IMG/VR virus record: IMGVR_UViG_3300037071_001110 | Coordinates: 1-59,498 of that record | DNA length: 59,498 bases | DNA from: a virus | Lineage: Duplodnaviria; Caudoviricetes | Reading direction: 5' to 3' (one strand) | Part shown: positions 18,791 to 29,066 of the stretch, one piece after another | How positions within the stretch are numbered: the stretch's first letter is position 1 | How the letters are laid out: each line of letters begins with the position of its first letter | Made by a program: the position numbers and the translations under genes | The notes under the pieces: model-generated | Seen by the model: the letters and a program-made list of their open reading frames with translations, nothing else | Databases searched by the model: none | Told to the model about the DNA's origin: nothing

Positions 18791-20769
18791 GCCCGCAGTC
18801 AGTTGAGAAGGACCTCCGTTATGACACGCTCCTAGAGAGTGTTTGGATCGGTGGCACAAAGAAGTTCTCTGTCGACTTGATCCATGCCGTGACGGAGGCG
18901 ACGGTTGAGTACAGCATAGAGGCTGCCTCGACCCTCAACTTGACGATCTTCGATCCCAAGCGTGAGCTGCTCAAGAGCGGCGAGCTTCAGCCGGGGCTCC
19001 GCGCTCGGATTGTAATGCAGCAGACGACGAAGTATGACGTGTTCGCCCTCACTGCGATTGGGAAGTCCGGTGACACCCTCTCGCTCACCTTTGAAGATGA
19101 GGTTGTCTTCCGGCTAAGGCAGATGAAGGGGTTCAAGAAGGCAGCACGGTCGAAAGTCACACGCGCGATGTTCATCAAGTCGCTCGTGGACGAACTTCGC
19201 CCGGCAGTGCGGTTCTTCAGTCCTGAGCTAAAGCAGACGCAGCCGATATACACCGGGGCCGAGGGCGGTTCGCTCCAAGATACGGCCCCGGCAGGGACGG
19301 CAGGCTCCGGCTTTGACGAGATAATCAAGATCAAGGGTAAGGCTGCGAGCGCAGAACAGAAGAAGAACCTCGCCACGATCATCGATGTCGGGACGAACAT
19401 CAGCGCGACGGTGCCGTGCATTGAGGCTTGTATCTGTGCCTGCATCGAGGAGTCCTCATGCGTCAATCTTGGGCCTCACACTGACACAGACGGCCTGACC
19501 GTCAGCGGTATCCTTCAACAGAAGAATGATTGGCCGGGAGACGCTCGCAATGTCGCGAACGCGGCCAACAACTTCTACCAGAATGCGCCGAACGCGGGCG
19601 GGGCCATCAAGGTCCACACTGTCTATCCGGAGCGACCGCCATACTGGATCGCGTGCGAGGTTCAGCGCAATCACTCTTGGCGGTCAAGTCGTCCCTCCAC
19701 TATGGGGGATGACTCATACGGTCGGTGGTCAACGGAGGCACGTCGGATTTGGGAAGCGTACCTCGGTAAGCCCGACAGGTACCGGGGCAGTAATAAGATC
19801 AACGGTGACGGTACCGTCAACCGGGCGCGAGGAGCAAGCTCCTCCGGTGCCTACGAGTTCAGTCGTGGTGGTACGACTGCCGGTGGCGATCAAGACGAGG
19901 ATAGCTGGACGGCAATCCAGCGTCTCGCGGGCGAGGTCGGTTGGCGAGCTTTTGTGTACCGAGGCATCGTCACCTACGTTTCCGACAACTGGCTTATGGG
20001 CCGTGAATCCTTCGCCATGCTTGACGAGCTACACCCGGCCGTCAACACGATTGACTTCAACATTGAGGCGAACACGATCGACGGGCTCAACATTAGCGAT
20101 GTGAGTCTAAGCGTGTTCGCTGATACATTTGAGGCTCGGCCCGGTCGCGTGATTCTCATCACAGGCCTCGGTGTTGTCATGCGAAACATCCGTTGGCTAG
20201 TCTCCAACTTCAACCGGAGCTTCTTCAGCCCGGTCGGGTCAATGACTCTGGTCGCTCCGACTCTCAAGCTCTACGAGCCATCGACATCTGGTAAGTCAGG
20301 GGTCGGTGGCAACCAGCCTCTCCTCGGTGCCAATACACGCAGGGGTCGTATTGTTGAGCTTGCTCGGCGCGAGGCCAAGCGTGGGCCCAATGTTTACACC
20401 TACGGCGGCAATCGTCCGGTCCCGTCGAGCTTCAATCATGACAAGATTATCGCCGACTGCTCATCGTGGGTTGAGATGCTCTATCACGAAGCGGGTTGCC
20501 CGTCTCCCTCGGGCGGCAACTTCACCGGCTCCGGGAACACGGACACGCAGATCGCGAAGGGCAAGAAGGTTGGGAACCCGGCTCCTGGCGACCTTATCTT
20601 CTACGGCAGTGGCGGTGACCCGAGCCACGTTGAGGTAGTCCTCGACAACAACGACTGTGCCGGGTTCGGTAGTCAAGGTGGTCCGTGGATTCATAAGGGC
20701 GGTACCAAGAACTACCGCTCCAGCGAGCGGATTGGCTACTACACCTACAGCTTCTTGGATCAGTCATGA
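18787..20769 (+). CDS. Baseplate hub with an inserted lysozyme-like domain and C-terminal NlpC/P60 peptidase
   Basis: Y.YGG, DCSSWV, PGDLIFY, SHVE; internal ACIEESS..LQQ..W segment. Confidence 0.75.
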   Translation: MSPQSVEKDLRYDTLLESVWIGGTKKFSVDLIHAVTEATVEYSIEAASTLNLTIFDPKRELLKSGELQPGLRARIVMQQTTKYDVFALTAIGKSGDTLSLTFEDEVVFRLRQMKGFKKAARSKVTRAMFIKSLVDELRPAVRFFSPELKQTQPIYTGAEGGSLQDTAPAGTAGSGFDEIIKIKGKAASAEQKKNLATIIDVGTNISATVPCIEACICACIEESSCVNLGPHTDTDGLTVSGILQQKNDWPGDARNVANAANNFYQNAPNAGGAIKVHTVYPERPPYWIACEVQRNHSWRSSRPSTMGDDSYGRWSTEARRIWEAYLGKPDRYRGSNKINGDGTVNRARGASSSGAYEFSRGGTTAGGDQDEDSWTAIQRLAGEVGWRAFVYRGIVTYVSDNWLMGRESFAMLDELHPAVNTIDFNIEANTIDGLNISDVSLSVFADTFEARPGRVILITGLGVVMRNIRWLVSNFNRSFFSPVGSMTLVAPTLKLYEPSTSGKSGVGGNQPLLGANTRRGRIVELARREAKRGPNVYTYGGNRPVPSSFNHDKIIADCSSWVEMLYHEAGCPSPSGGNFTGSGNTDTQIAKGKKVGNPAPGDLIFYGSGGDPSHVEVVLDNNDCAGFGSQGGPWIHKGGTKNYRSSERIGYYTYSFLDQS

Positions 20770-22115
20770 GTACGCTCGCAGACTACGGCCACAAGAAGCC
20801 GCACCCGTATCACCAGATGGATCGTCCGGTGGACATCGTGATTCGGAAATTGGTCACAACCAACACCTACACCTTCACGATCCCGACCATCGACGGCGGC
20901 AAGAACGAGTTTGGTCCGGGGATCGGCCCGCCCGGGTTGGCAGCTAAGCATAAGGCGGCAGCGGTCCAGACTCTTGAGGGCGAGTGGTGGATCATCGAGC
21001 CGCGAGTTGCCGGTGGCGGTGGTACTGCTGGCCCTCCCGGTCCTCCTGGTCCTACGGGTCCACAAGGTCCTGCTGGTCCAACCGGCTCGACTGGTCCGCA
21101 AGGTCCGACCGGCGCCACCGGTGCGACTGGTCCTCCCGGAGCTACCGGCGCTGCCGGGGCGGCGGGTGATCAGTGGTATAGCGGCACAGGCGCTCCGACC
21201 TCCGGTGTGGGGATTGACGGAGATTGGTACATCGACTCTACCACTGGCAACTACTATGAGAAGGTCGGCGGATCTTGGGTCCTTCGCGGGAGTCTCAAAG
21301 GTCCGGCCGGTGCTCAAGGTCCAGCCGGTCCCACGGGGGCGACTGGCCCAACAGGTCCTCCTGGAACGGTCTATGACTCTGATCAGGTCGGTACCGTGAA
21401 GGCTTGGACCAGCACGACGATCCCGACAAACTGGATGCTCTCTGATGGGCGACAGTTGGACAAGACGCTCTACCCGCAGTTGCTCGCCGTTCTTGGCGAG
21501 TCCCCGGTTGGCAAGGTCACCCTACCGGATCTGACCAACAAGTTCCTCTACGGTGCGAACGCTGCCATGTCGGACCTAAAGACAGCTGGTGGTACAGCAA
21601 CAGAGACGTTGGCTCTAACACAGATCCCCGCGCACGATCACGGGGCCGTCGGTGATCACAGCCACACCGCAGGGACCGGGAATGCAGGTGGTCACGCCCA
21701 CAACCAGAATGTGATGATCTCGGGAAGGGCGACCGGAGCACTCGGTGGCGAGGGTCACATGTTTGACACGGACCAATTTGCTCCGAACGGTGTACGTGCT
21801 AATATTGTGGGCGTTGGCGATCACGCGCACACCGTGACCGTCAACAACGGTGGTGCTCACACGCACACTTCGGTCGGTGGCGGACTCTCGCACAACAACC
21901 TTCCGCCGTACGTCAAGCTCGCTTGGATCATCAAGGTGGAGGGGCCGATGATCGACGCGGGCGGCGCTCTTGTTGGACCTCCCGGCCCCACAGGCCCGAC
22001 TGGTCCTACCGGCGCTACTGGTCCCACTGGTGCCACTGGTCCACAGGGGCCGCAAGGAGTATCCGGGGCAGGCGCCGGTGGTTGGCCTAGAATCATGACG
22101 ACGATGGGGGCATAG
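20766..22115 (+). CDS. Spike/fibre protein with collagen G-X-Y repeats and tail-collar domain
   Basis: GPxGPx runs; VGTV..W....PTNW...DG...YPQL...LPDL; HNNLPPY. Confidence 0.75.
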   Translation: MSTLADYGHKKPHPYHQMDRPVDIVIRKLVTTNTYTFTIPTIDGGKNEFGPGIGPPGLAAKHKAAAVQTLEGEWWIIEPRVAGGGGTAGPPGPPGPTGPQGPAGPTGSTGPQGPTGATGATGPPGATGAAGAAGDQWYSGTGAPTSGVGIDGDWYIDSTTGNYYEKVGGSWVLRGSLKGPAGAQGPAGPTGATGPTGPPGTVYDSDQVGTVKAWTSTTIPTNWMLSDGRQLDKTLYPQLLAVLGESPVGKVTLPDLTNKFLYGANAAMSDLKTAGGTATETLALTQIPAHDHGAVGDHSHTAGTGNAGGHAHNQNVMISGRATGALGGEGHMFDTDQFAPNGVRANIVGVGDHAHTVTVNNGGAHTHTSVGGGLSHNNLPPYVKLAWIIKVEGPMIDAGGALVGPPGPTGPTGPTGATGPTGATGPQGPQGVSGAGAGGWPRIMTTMGA

Positions 22116-22450
22116 TGGCTGACGCCTGCAAAATCCTCGGGTTGGGGAGTCCGATCACACCCGGCCAGGTTCTTGATGGCTACGTTTGCCCGTCTGCCAA
22201 GTACGCGGTAGTCTCATCGATCCTTGTGTGCAACAGAAACGTGACAACGGCGACCTTCCGCATCGCAGTGGTCAAGGGCGGGATTGCTACGGCTCCCGAT
22301 CACTACATCTACTACGATCTGCCGATCCTCGGGAATGACACCTTTGTTGCAACAATCGGGATCACACTCGCCACTGGCGATGTGGTTCGTTGGAGCACCG
22401 GGGCTGCTGGTCTGAACTTCCACCTTTACGGTGTGGAGTCCGACGTATGA
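22115..22450 (+). CDS. Small virion structural protein
   Basis: SSI.VCNR...TFRIA...Y.YYD...NDT...GITL pattern. Confidence 0.6.
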   Translation: MADACKILGLGSPITPGQVLDGYVCPSAKYAVVSSILVCNRNVTTATFRIAVVKGGIATAPDHYIYYDLPILGNDTFVATIGITLATGDVVRWSTGAAGLNFHLYGVESDV

Positions 22451-22995
22451 GTCAAGGGCCTATCCTGCGACGAGGGTTTACCAATCCTCCGCTTGTCGCG
22501 ACTCTGCCGACTAACCCGGCAGACGGCGACGAGTGCTACTACTTGGCAGATGCAACGAATGGTGTTATCTGGCACTTGCGTTACCGCTCGGGCGCGAGCA
22601 TCTACAAGTGGGAAGTCCTCGGCGGATCACCGTTGCGGGGATCGGCTGCGATGTCTCTTGCGATTACGACAACGTACTCCGGCACCGCGCCGGTCTTGAC
22701 TCTACCGCTGGCCGGGGACTACGACTTGACTTCAGGCGGGGCTGGTGCTGGAGGCGGTGCCTCGATCTACATGGGGATCGGATTCGCGCTCGGGGCAGCA
22801 GCAGTAGACGGTAACTACGCAACCTCCATTGCTCCGCCCGCTAGCGGGCTTGGCCTCAGCTTCCCCGATTTGACGAGGCGCAAGACTGGCATCACGGCCG
22901 GTACAGTGATGACCGGCAAGGCGGCGATCCTCGTCTCCGGTACAGGGACTATCAACAATATCTCTCTTGCTGCTATGCCTGTGAGGGTGGGATGA
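22447..22995 (+). CDS. Tail-associated protein, paralog 1
   Basis: LPTNPADGDECYY...GVIWHLRY...YKWEVLGGSP module. Confidence 0.65.
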   Translation: MSQGPILRRGFTNPPLVATLPTNPADGDECYYLADATNGVIWHLRYRSGASIYKWEVLGGSPLRGSAAMSLAITTTYSGTAPVLTLPLAGDYDLTSGGAGAGGGASIYMGIGFALGAAAVDGNYATSIAPPASGLGLSFPDLTRRKTGITAGTVMTGKAAILVSGTGTINNISLAAMPVRVG

Positions 22996-23549
22996 GCCAG
23001 GGAGGAACATCAGCAGCGGCTCTTTGGACACCACCGCCACTGGTCACGAGTTTGCCCGCGAACCCGGTTGACGGGCGGGAAGTGTACTATGTTGCGGATG
23101 CTGCGAACGGGATCATCTGGCATCTGCGTTATCGGGCGGCCAACCCGTCTGCGTACAAGTGGGAGTATATCGGTGGACCGCCGATGGAAACTACGGCCAG
23201 CGCAAGGTTCACCACATCATCGACGGCGCCCGTGCTCGTCACGGGTGGCCCTACGATCACATTCCCGCTTAGTGGTATTTGGGACATGACGATCCTAACG
23301 TGGGCGGCGTCGAATATCGGCAACGGCGGGATCTACTTTGAGCTCGTCAACCCGGCCATCACGGTCGCGGCCGTTGGCTATTGGTATCACACGATCACGA
23401 ATGTCCACACCCATACTCTAGGGGAGACTCAACGTAACTCGCTTGGCGCGGTGGCTGGCCAAGCATGGGCGCTGCGAATGTGTGTCGATCAGTCCTCGGC
23501 TTTTGTTGATCTTCGCTACTTGCGAATTGTCCCGGTGGCAGTCGGATGA
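22992..23549 (+). CDS. Tail-associated protein, paralog 2
   Basis: LPANPVDGREVYY...GIIWHLRY...YKWEYIGGPP module. Confidence 0.65.
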   Translation: MSQGGTSAAALWTPPPLVTSLPANPVDGREVYYVADAANGIIWHLRYRAANPSAYKWEYIGGPPMETTASARFTTSSTAPVLVTGGPTITFPLSGIWDMTILTWAASNIGNGGIYFELVNPAITVAAVGYWYHTITNVHTHTLGETQRNSLGAVAGQAWALRMCVDQSSAFVDLRYLRIVPVAVG

Positions 23550-24496
23550 CTCAGACTTACGCCATTCCAGATACTCTGTACGCGCTGGCGACAGCGGGCC
23601 TCGACCCAGCCCGCGTGAAGGTGTTGTGGACCGACGCGCAGGGGCCACTTCCCCTCTCGCAGAGTGTCAACATCGAGCGTCCGAATCAATTATGGTTGCT
23701 CGCGGGGTCAGGGTTCCGTGGGGCGGCAGGTGAAGCAGGCGTCCAGCTGAACTTCGACGGTGTGCCGACTCTCACATCCAGGCTGTTCTTCAACAATGCA
23801 AACGTCCACCAGGCGTTTGTGCCCGCTGTGATCAAGACGGCACTCGGCATTGGGAATCATACTATTGCGTTGACGGCTTATAGTTCACTGACGACCGGGA
23901 CTGACGATAAGTTCACGGTACTCCTCATCGAGTTGGATACGATCCAGCAGCTTGTTCCGATGCTGACCATGCCGCCTGTTGTGTCGGTCTTGCCGACGAG
24001 CCCTGTTGACGGGCAGGAGTGCTACTTCCAGAACGCCGCGATGCTCGCAGACGGGATCAAGTGGCACCTGAAGTACAACGCCTCATCTTCGTCGCCGTAC
24101 AAGTGGGAGTTCTTGGGTGGCTCTCCTATTCACAAGGTTGACATAGGTGCGGTCAACGCCACGCCCGTCAACACATGGACGACCTATGTGCCTTCCATCG
24201 TGGCGCCACTCGCCGGTGAGTACCGAGTGGGGTTTGCCGGTTGGTGGGTGCACACGACGACGCAGGGCCTCTCGTACACCTGGGTGGGCTTCAATGGTGC
24301 AAACGGCCCGGCTGAATGCTACTCGCCCGTCTTGTGTGAGACTTGGGCGGTGGGTCAAGCAAGGTCCAGCTATGGCGAGACGAGGGGCGTCATCACGGCT
24401 GCTGGTCAAACTATCGCGTGGATGTTCTACGTCAACCAGGGCAACATGAGCACTCAGCATCGTGCGCTTACCGTGTGGCCGATAAGATGCGGTTAG
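23546..24496 (+). CDS. Tail-associated protein, paralog 3
   Basis: Internal LPTSPVDGQECYF...GIKWHLKY...YKWEFLGGSP module. Confidence 0.65.
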   Translation: MTQTYAIPDTLYALATAGLDPARVKVLWTDAQGPLPLSQSVNIERPNQLWLLAGSGFRGAAGEAGVQLNFDGVPTLTSRLFFNNANVHQAFVPAVIKTALGIGNHTIALTAYSSLTTGTDDKFTVLLIELDTIQQLVPMLTMPPVVSVLPTSPVDGQECYFQNAAMLADGIKWHLKYNASSSSPYKWEFLGGSPIHKVDIGAVNATPVNTWTTYVPSIVAPLAGEYRVGFAGWWVHTTTQGLSYTWVGFNGANGPAECYSPVLCETWAVGQARSSYGETRGVITAAGQTIAWMFYVNQGNMSTQHRALTVWPIRCG

Positions 24497-24503
24497 GAGA
24501 GGC

Positions 24504-24833
24504 ATGAAAGACATCCCACATTTCGATCTGCCCTTTGCCTTCACAGGACCTGGCGGACACGTGAACTGCATCGAGCAGGACACGGTGAACGACGTGGCCG
24601 TTTGCGTCGAGGCGATCTGTCGTACGCGCCCGATGATGCGGCTAGAGATAGACGACTTCGGCATCCCTGACCCGACCTTCCTTGCCGGTGGTGCTGAGCC
24701 TGATGTCCTCCTCCGGTTGATCCAGGAGCAGGAGCCTCGCGTGACGGCTCTCATCGAGGAGGACTGGGACTTCCTGACCTACACGCAGGAGCTAGCCCTG
24801 AACATATCGCAGGAGGACCCGTATGGCGATTAA
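24504..24833 (+). CDS. Baseplate wedge protein (gp25/GpW-like)
   Basis: T.P..R....DFG, EQEPRV. Confidence 0.8.
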   Translation: MKDIPHFDLPFAFTGPGGHVNCIEQDTVNDVAVCVEAICRTRPMMRLEIDDFGIPDPTFLAGGAEPDVLLRLIQEQEPRVTALIEEDWDFLTYTQELALNISQEDPYGD

Positions 24834-26061
24834 CGTCAACACTGGTTTTGACCCGGTCGATCTGGCGGCAGCCGGTCGGTACATCCGTGTTCCCATCGAG
24901 ACGGACCCACAGGCTCTCCTCGACCAGATGTACACGTACATCCAGGACCGTGTTCCTGGGTGGGCACCGGCGGACGGGAACTTGGACGTCTGGATCATGC
25001 AGGCGCTCGCGGATGTAGCGGCAGATCTGACCCTCTACGCCTCTGATGTCCCGGATGACATCTTCAGATACTTCGGCGAGTACATCGTCGGGGTCCAGAT
25101 GAAGCTCGCGACCTACTCAACCTTCACAGCGGCGTGGACTGCCGAGGACGCGCTGGGCCACACGATCCCGGCCGGGACGCAGGTTGCTGTGCGTCGCCCG
25201 GACGGAGAGTTGGAGGGCTTTGCGACAGTAGTGGATGCCGATATCCCGATTGGCTCAACAGTCGCAAACAACGTACTTGCCACCGCGATTGAGCCGGGTG
25301 CATCGGCTGACGCCCTTAGCATCGAGGCGGGGCAGATCACGGTGATCGACGCTCTCCCGTGGGTTGTCTCGATCGTGGGAGTCGGGACGACTCAGGGCGG
25401 ATCTGATGGGGAAACAGAAGAGGAGTACATGGACCGACTTGTGGCGGAAATCCGCCTCATGTCACCGCGTCCGATCCTCCCCGTTGACTTCGGCGTCATG
25501 GCTCAGAAGGTAGAGGGCGTGGATCGCGCGTGGCCCGTCAATCTCTGGAGTCTGCCCCTCGGGACCGGCAACCACGAGAAGTGCATCACTGTGACGGTGG
25601 CCAATGCGAACGGTGACCCGGTGAGTGGGGCAGTGTTGACAGATGTTGACACCTACCTCCAGAGTCTCCGGGAAGTCAACTTCCTTGTCTACGTCACGAA
25701 CCCGACCTACCAGAACGTGAACGTCACCTATGCCGTGACCTCCTATCCCAATCGGAGCGCGGCCGAGGTTCAGGCCGAGGTCGAGGCGGCGGTGCGGGCC
25801 TACATTAGTCCGAAGGATTGGGGCTCGGTGAGGATCGCATCGACTGACGTGCCAGCGGTCTACCGTCAGCAGAACGTCGTGCGATACAACGATGTGATCG
25901 CGGTGATCGACAACGTGCTCAGCGTGGACTTCATCACGGACCTGAAGCTCAACGGAGCGGCGGCGGATGTCACCCTGACCTTCGCGGGGGCAGGGACCAG
26001 CCCGGTCGTTCTGCCGAAGATCGGCACGATCAGCGGCGTGGCTACGGTGCCGCCGGCATGA
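24823..26061 (+). CDS. Baseplate J-like protein
   Basis: TIPAGT, A.EPG, GG.DGET.EEY..RL, V.GV.RA. Confidence 0.88.
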   Translation: MAINVNTGFDPVDLAAAGRYIRVPIETDPQALLDQMYTYIQDRVPGWAPADGNLDVWIMQALADVAADLTLYASDVPDDIFRYFGEYIVGVQMKLATYSTFTAAWTAEDALGHTIPAGTQVAVRRPDGELEGFATVVDADIPIGSTVANNVLATAIEPGASADALSIEAGQITVIDALPWVVSIVGVGTTQGGSDGETEEEYMDRLVAEIRLMSPRPILPVDFGVMAQKVEGVDRAWPVNLWSLPLGTGNHEKCITVTVANANGDPVSGAVLTDVDTYLQSLREVNFLVYVTNPTYQNVNVTYAVTSYPNRSAAEVQAEVEAAVRAYISPKDWGSVRIASTDVPAVYRQQNVVRYNDVIAVIDNVLSVDFITDLKLNGAAADVTLTFAGAGTSPVVLPKIGTISGVATVPPA

Positions 26062-26627
26062 GCGTCTCCGACCGACTCAAGTTCTCGACCAGGCCGCTCC
26101 AGACGCTGGACCTCGACACATTTGAAGAGGCTCTTGGCGAGTCAATGCAGGAAGTCTGGGACCTTGTGGCGACGGGGAGCAACGGTGAGGTCGGTTGGTC
26201 AGTTCTCCTCGACCCCAAGCGGTGCCCGGACAAGTATCTGCCCTGGCTCGCTCAGGTCGCCGGAGTCCTCACCACCCGACCTGGTGAGACATTTGAGCAC
26301 CTACGGGCGCGGATCATCGACGCCGAGCGATGGGGCAGGGGCACTCCTGACCAACTCTACCACGAGGCGATCCGGCTGGGCTTGACGAGATTCCTACTCC
26401 AAGAACGGACTCCCGGTGGCAACGCTTGGAGCGTGAGGTTCCTCTTTACCATCGATGAGTACGGGGTGGAGAAAGAGGCTGTCTTGGCGGGATACCTTCC
26501 GGCTGGTATCGTTCATGATGTTGGGTATTGGGAGGGAGTCCTCTACCAAGACAGCATTAACCTGGATCAAACGTACAGTGAGCGGCTTACCAGGTGGCCG
26601 ACATACTCCGACGTCAACGTTCCCTGA
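26058..26627 (+). CDS. Baseplate/tail protein (P2 I-like)
   Basis: LLDP.RCP..YLPWLAQ..GV, RGT, PAGI. Confidence 0.8.
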   Translation: MSVSDRLKFSTRPLQTLDLDTFEEALGESMQEVWDLVATGSNGEVGWSVLLDPKRCPDKYLPWLAQVAGVLTTRPGETFEHLRARIIDAERWGRGTPDQLYHEAIRLGLTRFLLQERTPGGNAWSVRFLFTIDEYGVEKEAVLAGYLPAGIVHDVGYWEGVLYQDSINLDQTYSERLTRWPTYSDVNVP

Positions 26628-26635
26628 GGAGTCTC

Positions 26636-27355
26636 ATGGGCCTAACTACACCGAAGCTAGGTTTGCCGTATCCGGAAACAACTGATCCGGACAACGTCCC
26701 TGCGGACATCAAGGCTCTAGCCGAGAGGCTGGACACCCTTTCCAACGCCGGAACACTTACAATGCCGACCGGAATGATCACTCCGTTCGGTGGACCAATC
26801 GACAAGATTCCGCTCGGATGGATCTTGTGTGACGGGCGAACTGCGGATAGGCTAGGCCAGTCAGCGCTGTTTGCTGTCATCGGGACGCTTTGGGGTGGCG
26901 GTGACGGTACCACGACCTTCAACGTTCCTGACCTCCGGGGCAAGTTCCCGGCAGGAGCATTCGATGTACGGCCGGTTGGTGAGAAGGGAGGGGCCTGGGA
27001 CCACAGTCACGGGGCAGGCTCGTTCGTCTCGCCAGACCACCTTCACTCGATGGCCCACTCCCACTGGATGCAGCACTCGCACGGAGTCTCTATCACGACA
27101 GCGGGTATCCCGGCGGTTGCTGGGTACAACTACAACGCTGCCGTCGTCTCGGGCGGTGGCGGCAACGTCCAGCAGGCGGGTCACCCGCACCCTGCGACTT
27201 CGGGCTCCGGTGGGACGGACACCGGGAACCGGAACAGCACTGACGGTCCGAGCAATCCCAACACCGGGGCTGCGGATCGCGGGCTCGGTGTGACCGGCAC
27301 TTCCGGTACGGCCAACCCTCCGTACGCACTCGTCTCGTACATCATCAAGGCTTAG
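26636..27355 (+). CDS. Tail fibre with tail-collar domain
   Basis: PTGMI.PF...P.GW..CDG...LFAVIGT.WG.GDG.TTFNVPDLRG; ends YIIKA. Confidence 0.8.
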   Translation: MGLTTPKLGLPYPETTDPDNVPADIKALAERLDTLSNAGTLTMPTGMITPFGGPIDKIPLGWILCDGRTADRLGQSALFAVIGTLWGGGDGTTTFNVPDLRGKFPAGAFDVRPVGEKGGAWDHSHGAGSFVSPDHLHSMAHSHWMQHSHGVSITTAGIPAVAGYNYNAAVVSGGGGNVQQAGHPHPATSGSGGTDTGNRNSTDGPSNPNTGAADRGLGVTGTSGTANPPYALVSYIIKA

Positions 27356-27362
27356 GAGCGAT

Positions 27363-27539
27363 ATGCGATCCTACTACTTGAGCGTCTCGGCACCAGTAGG
27401 TGAACCGATCTTGACTCACGCTGAGTATGAGACGCAGCTGCGGTCAGCCTTTGAGATCCCTATGGAGGATTTCGTCACGGTCGCGATCATGACAACCATG
27501 CCACTTCCTGACGCTCCAGTCGTGCTCAACGAAGAATGA
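27363..27539 (+). CDS. 58-aa hypothetical protein (not in ORF track)
   Basis: AGGAG RBS, ATG 27363, TGA overlaps next ATG. Confidence 0.5.
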   Translation: MRSYYLSVSAPVGEPILTHAEYETQLRSAFEIPMEDFVTVAIMTTMPLPDAPVVLNEE

Positions 27540-27769
27540 GCGAGGAAGGGGACATCCGTGAGCTTCAAGTGGAGGTCAACTACCTGAAGCGTGACCGCGA
27601 TGTCCTCATGGACTTCAAAGAGCAGATCGGTGGACTGATTGTCGAGTACGAAGCTCACGAGCAAAGAAGGGAAACACGAGGGGCACGTCTCCTCCGGTCC
27701 GTAACAATCACAGGTGGAGTAATAGGGATTCTCAGTGCAGTTGGCGTCATCTTTAGCCAAAGCCTTTGA
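27536..27769 (+). CDS. Holin-like membrane protein
   Basis: Coiled coil followed by a C-terminal TM segment; in the lysis region. Confidence 0.5.
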   Translation: MSEEGDIRELQVEVNYLKRDRDVLMDFKEQIGGLIVEYEAHEQRRETRGARLLRSVTITGGVIGILSAVGVIFSQSL

Positions 27770-28439
27770 TGGCTTCTACGCATGGCTTGCAGAACCGAGA
27801 CGTCACCTTGTCGTCACGTCAATCACCGCGTTCCTTTTGGGCATTGGACTCGTCGTGCTAGTTGAACAGATCAACACCAATAAGGACCAAGCGGCGGCGG
27901 ACGTCAAGATTGTGAGCGGGGCCACAGCATTGACCGTCGAGTCGCGTCGGGTCCAATGCGAGCGCGACAACTTCCAGGACCGGACCACCGTTGCGATCTT
28001 GCGGGAGCTTCACGTTGACGTGACGTACGTCCCTGCAGATTGCGATGTATATGCTGAGGAAGGGCGCATCACTTACCCGAGCATCAACATCACAGGTACC
28101 CCAAACAAGCAAGGTCTTCCAGGTACACCCGGATCACCTGGTCTGCCCGGCCCCTCGGGCGAACCAGGTCTACCTGGAGCAGCAGGGGCAGTTGGGCCTC
28201 CGGGGCCGCCAGGTCCCACAGGTCCCGCCGGACCACCCGGCGAATCAATCACGGGTCCGCAAGGACCTCCAGGAGAGACAGGCCCACAGGGTGCGAAGGG
28301 TGAGCAAGGCTCGCCCGGATCATCTGGTGCCGACTCAACTGTCCCTGGTCCGCCAGGGCCTCCCGGTCCGACAGGACCGGCCGGACCACAAGGACCGCAG
28401 GGCATACCGGGATTCGTCCCGCCCGTTGCGGTTCCCTGA
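27735..28439 (+). CDS. Membrane-anchored collagen-like protein
   Basis: N-terminal TM segment, long G-X-Y repeat. Confidence 0.7.
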   Translation: MQLASSLAKAFDGFYAWLAEPRRHLVVTSITAFLLGIGLVVLVEQINTNKDQAAADVKIVSGATALTVESRRVQCERDNFQDRTTVAILRELHVDVTYVPADCDVYAEEGRITYPSINITGTPNKQGLPGTPGSPGLPGPSGEPGLPGAAGAVGPPGPPGPTGPAGPPGESITGPQGPPGETGPQGAKGEQGSPGSSGADSTVPGPPGPPGPTGPAGPQGPQGIPGFVPPVAVP

Positions 28440-28465
28440 TCAAACAACACCCTCAGGGGGTATCA

Positions 28466-29002
28466 GTGAAGCGATTGCTCGTCGGACTAGTAGCGGCAGG
28501 CTCGCTGCTTGGGTTCGGAATCTCCCAAGCATCAGCAGCCGCGCCCAGCCTCACCACGGAGACGAACACCACCACGGTGAACTTCTTCTCCACCAACGTC
28601 ATCACGGCGAACTGCCCACCCGGCAGCCTCGCGGTCGGTGGCGGATGGTCCGTGTCCCAGCTACCGCTCGCGCAGCCGTTCATCCAGGAGTCCCGCCCGT
28701 CTGCGGGGAACCAGGGGTGGACCGTGCGCTCGCGCAACGTGGGCATCTTCGCATACGACCTCACGGCGTACGCGCAGTGCCTCTCCATCGACGTGACGCA
28801 GGGTCCGCCCGGCCCGCAGGGTCCGGCAGGGCCTCCCGGTCCGTCCAACGGTCTGCCCGGTCCGGCTGGCCCGCAGGGTCCGATCGGTCCCGCAGGTCCG
28901 AAGGGTGACACCGGTGCCCAGGGCATCCAGGGCATCCAGGGCCTCCGTGGCCCGCGCGGCTTCAGGGGCCTCCGTGGCCTCCGAGTGCTAGTTCGTAGGT
29001 AG
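28466..29002 (+). CDS. Secreted collagen-like protein
   Basis: Signal peptide MKRLL...ASAA, Cys-bounded beta domain (CP.G..AVGGG...AYAQC), G-X-Y tail. Confidence 0.7.
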   Translation: MKRLLVGLVAAGSLLGFGISQASAAAPSLTTETNTTTVNFFSTNVITANCPPGSLAVGGGWSVSQLPLAQPFIQESRPSAGNQGWTVRSRNVGIFAYDLTAYAQCLSIDVTQGPPGPQGPAGPPGPSNGLPGPAGPQGPIGPAGPKGDTGAQGIQGIQGLRGPRGFRGLRGLRVLVRR

Positions 29003-29009
29003 TCCAATC

Positions 29010-29050
29010 GGGATCGGTAGGGTCAGGATTCGGCCTGGCCCTACCATCCC
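29010..29050 (+). terminator. Intergenic stem-loop
   Basis: GGGAT-C-GGTAGGGTCAGG loop CCTGGCCCTACC-ATCCC; no U-tract. Confidence 0.5.
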
Positions 29051-29066
29051 ACTTCAGGGGGTTCAA

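Noticed and set aside
22447-24496. Diversity-generating retroelement or shufflon
   Set aside because: No reverse transcriptase or recombinase, and no near-identical TR/VR pair seen
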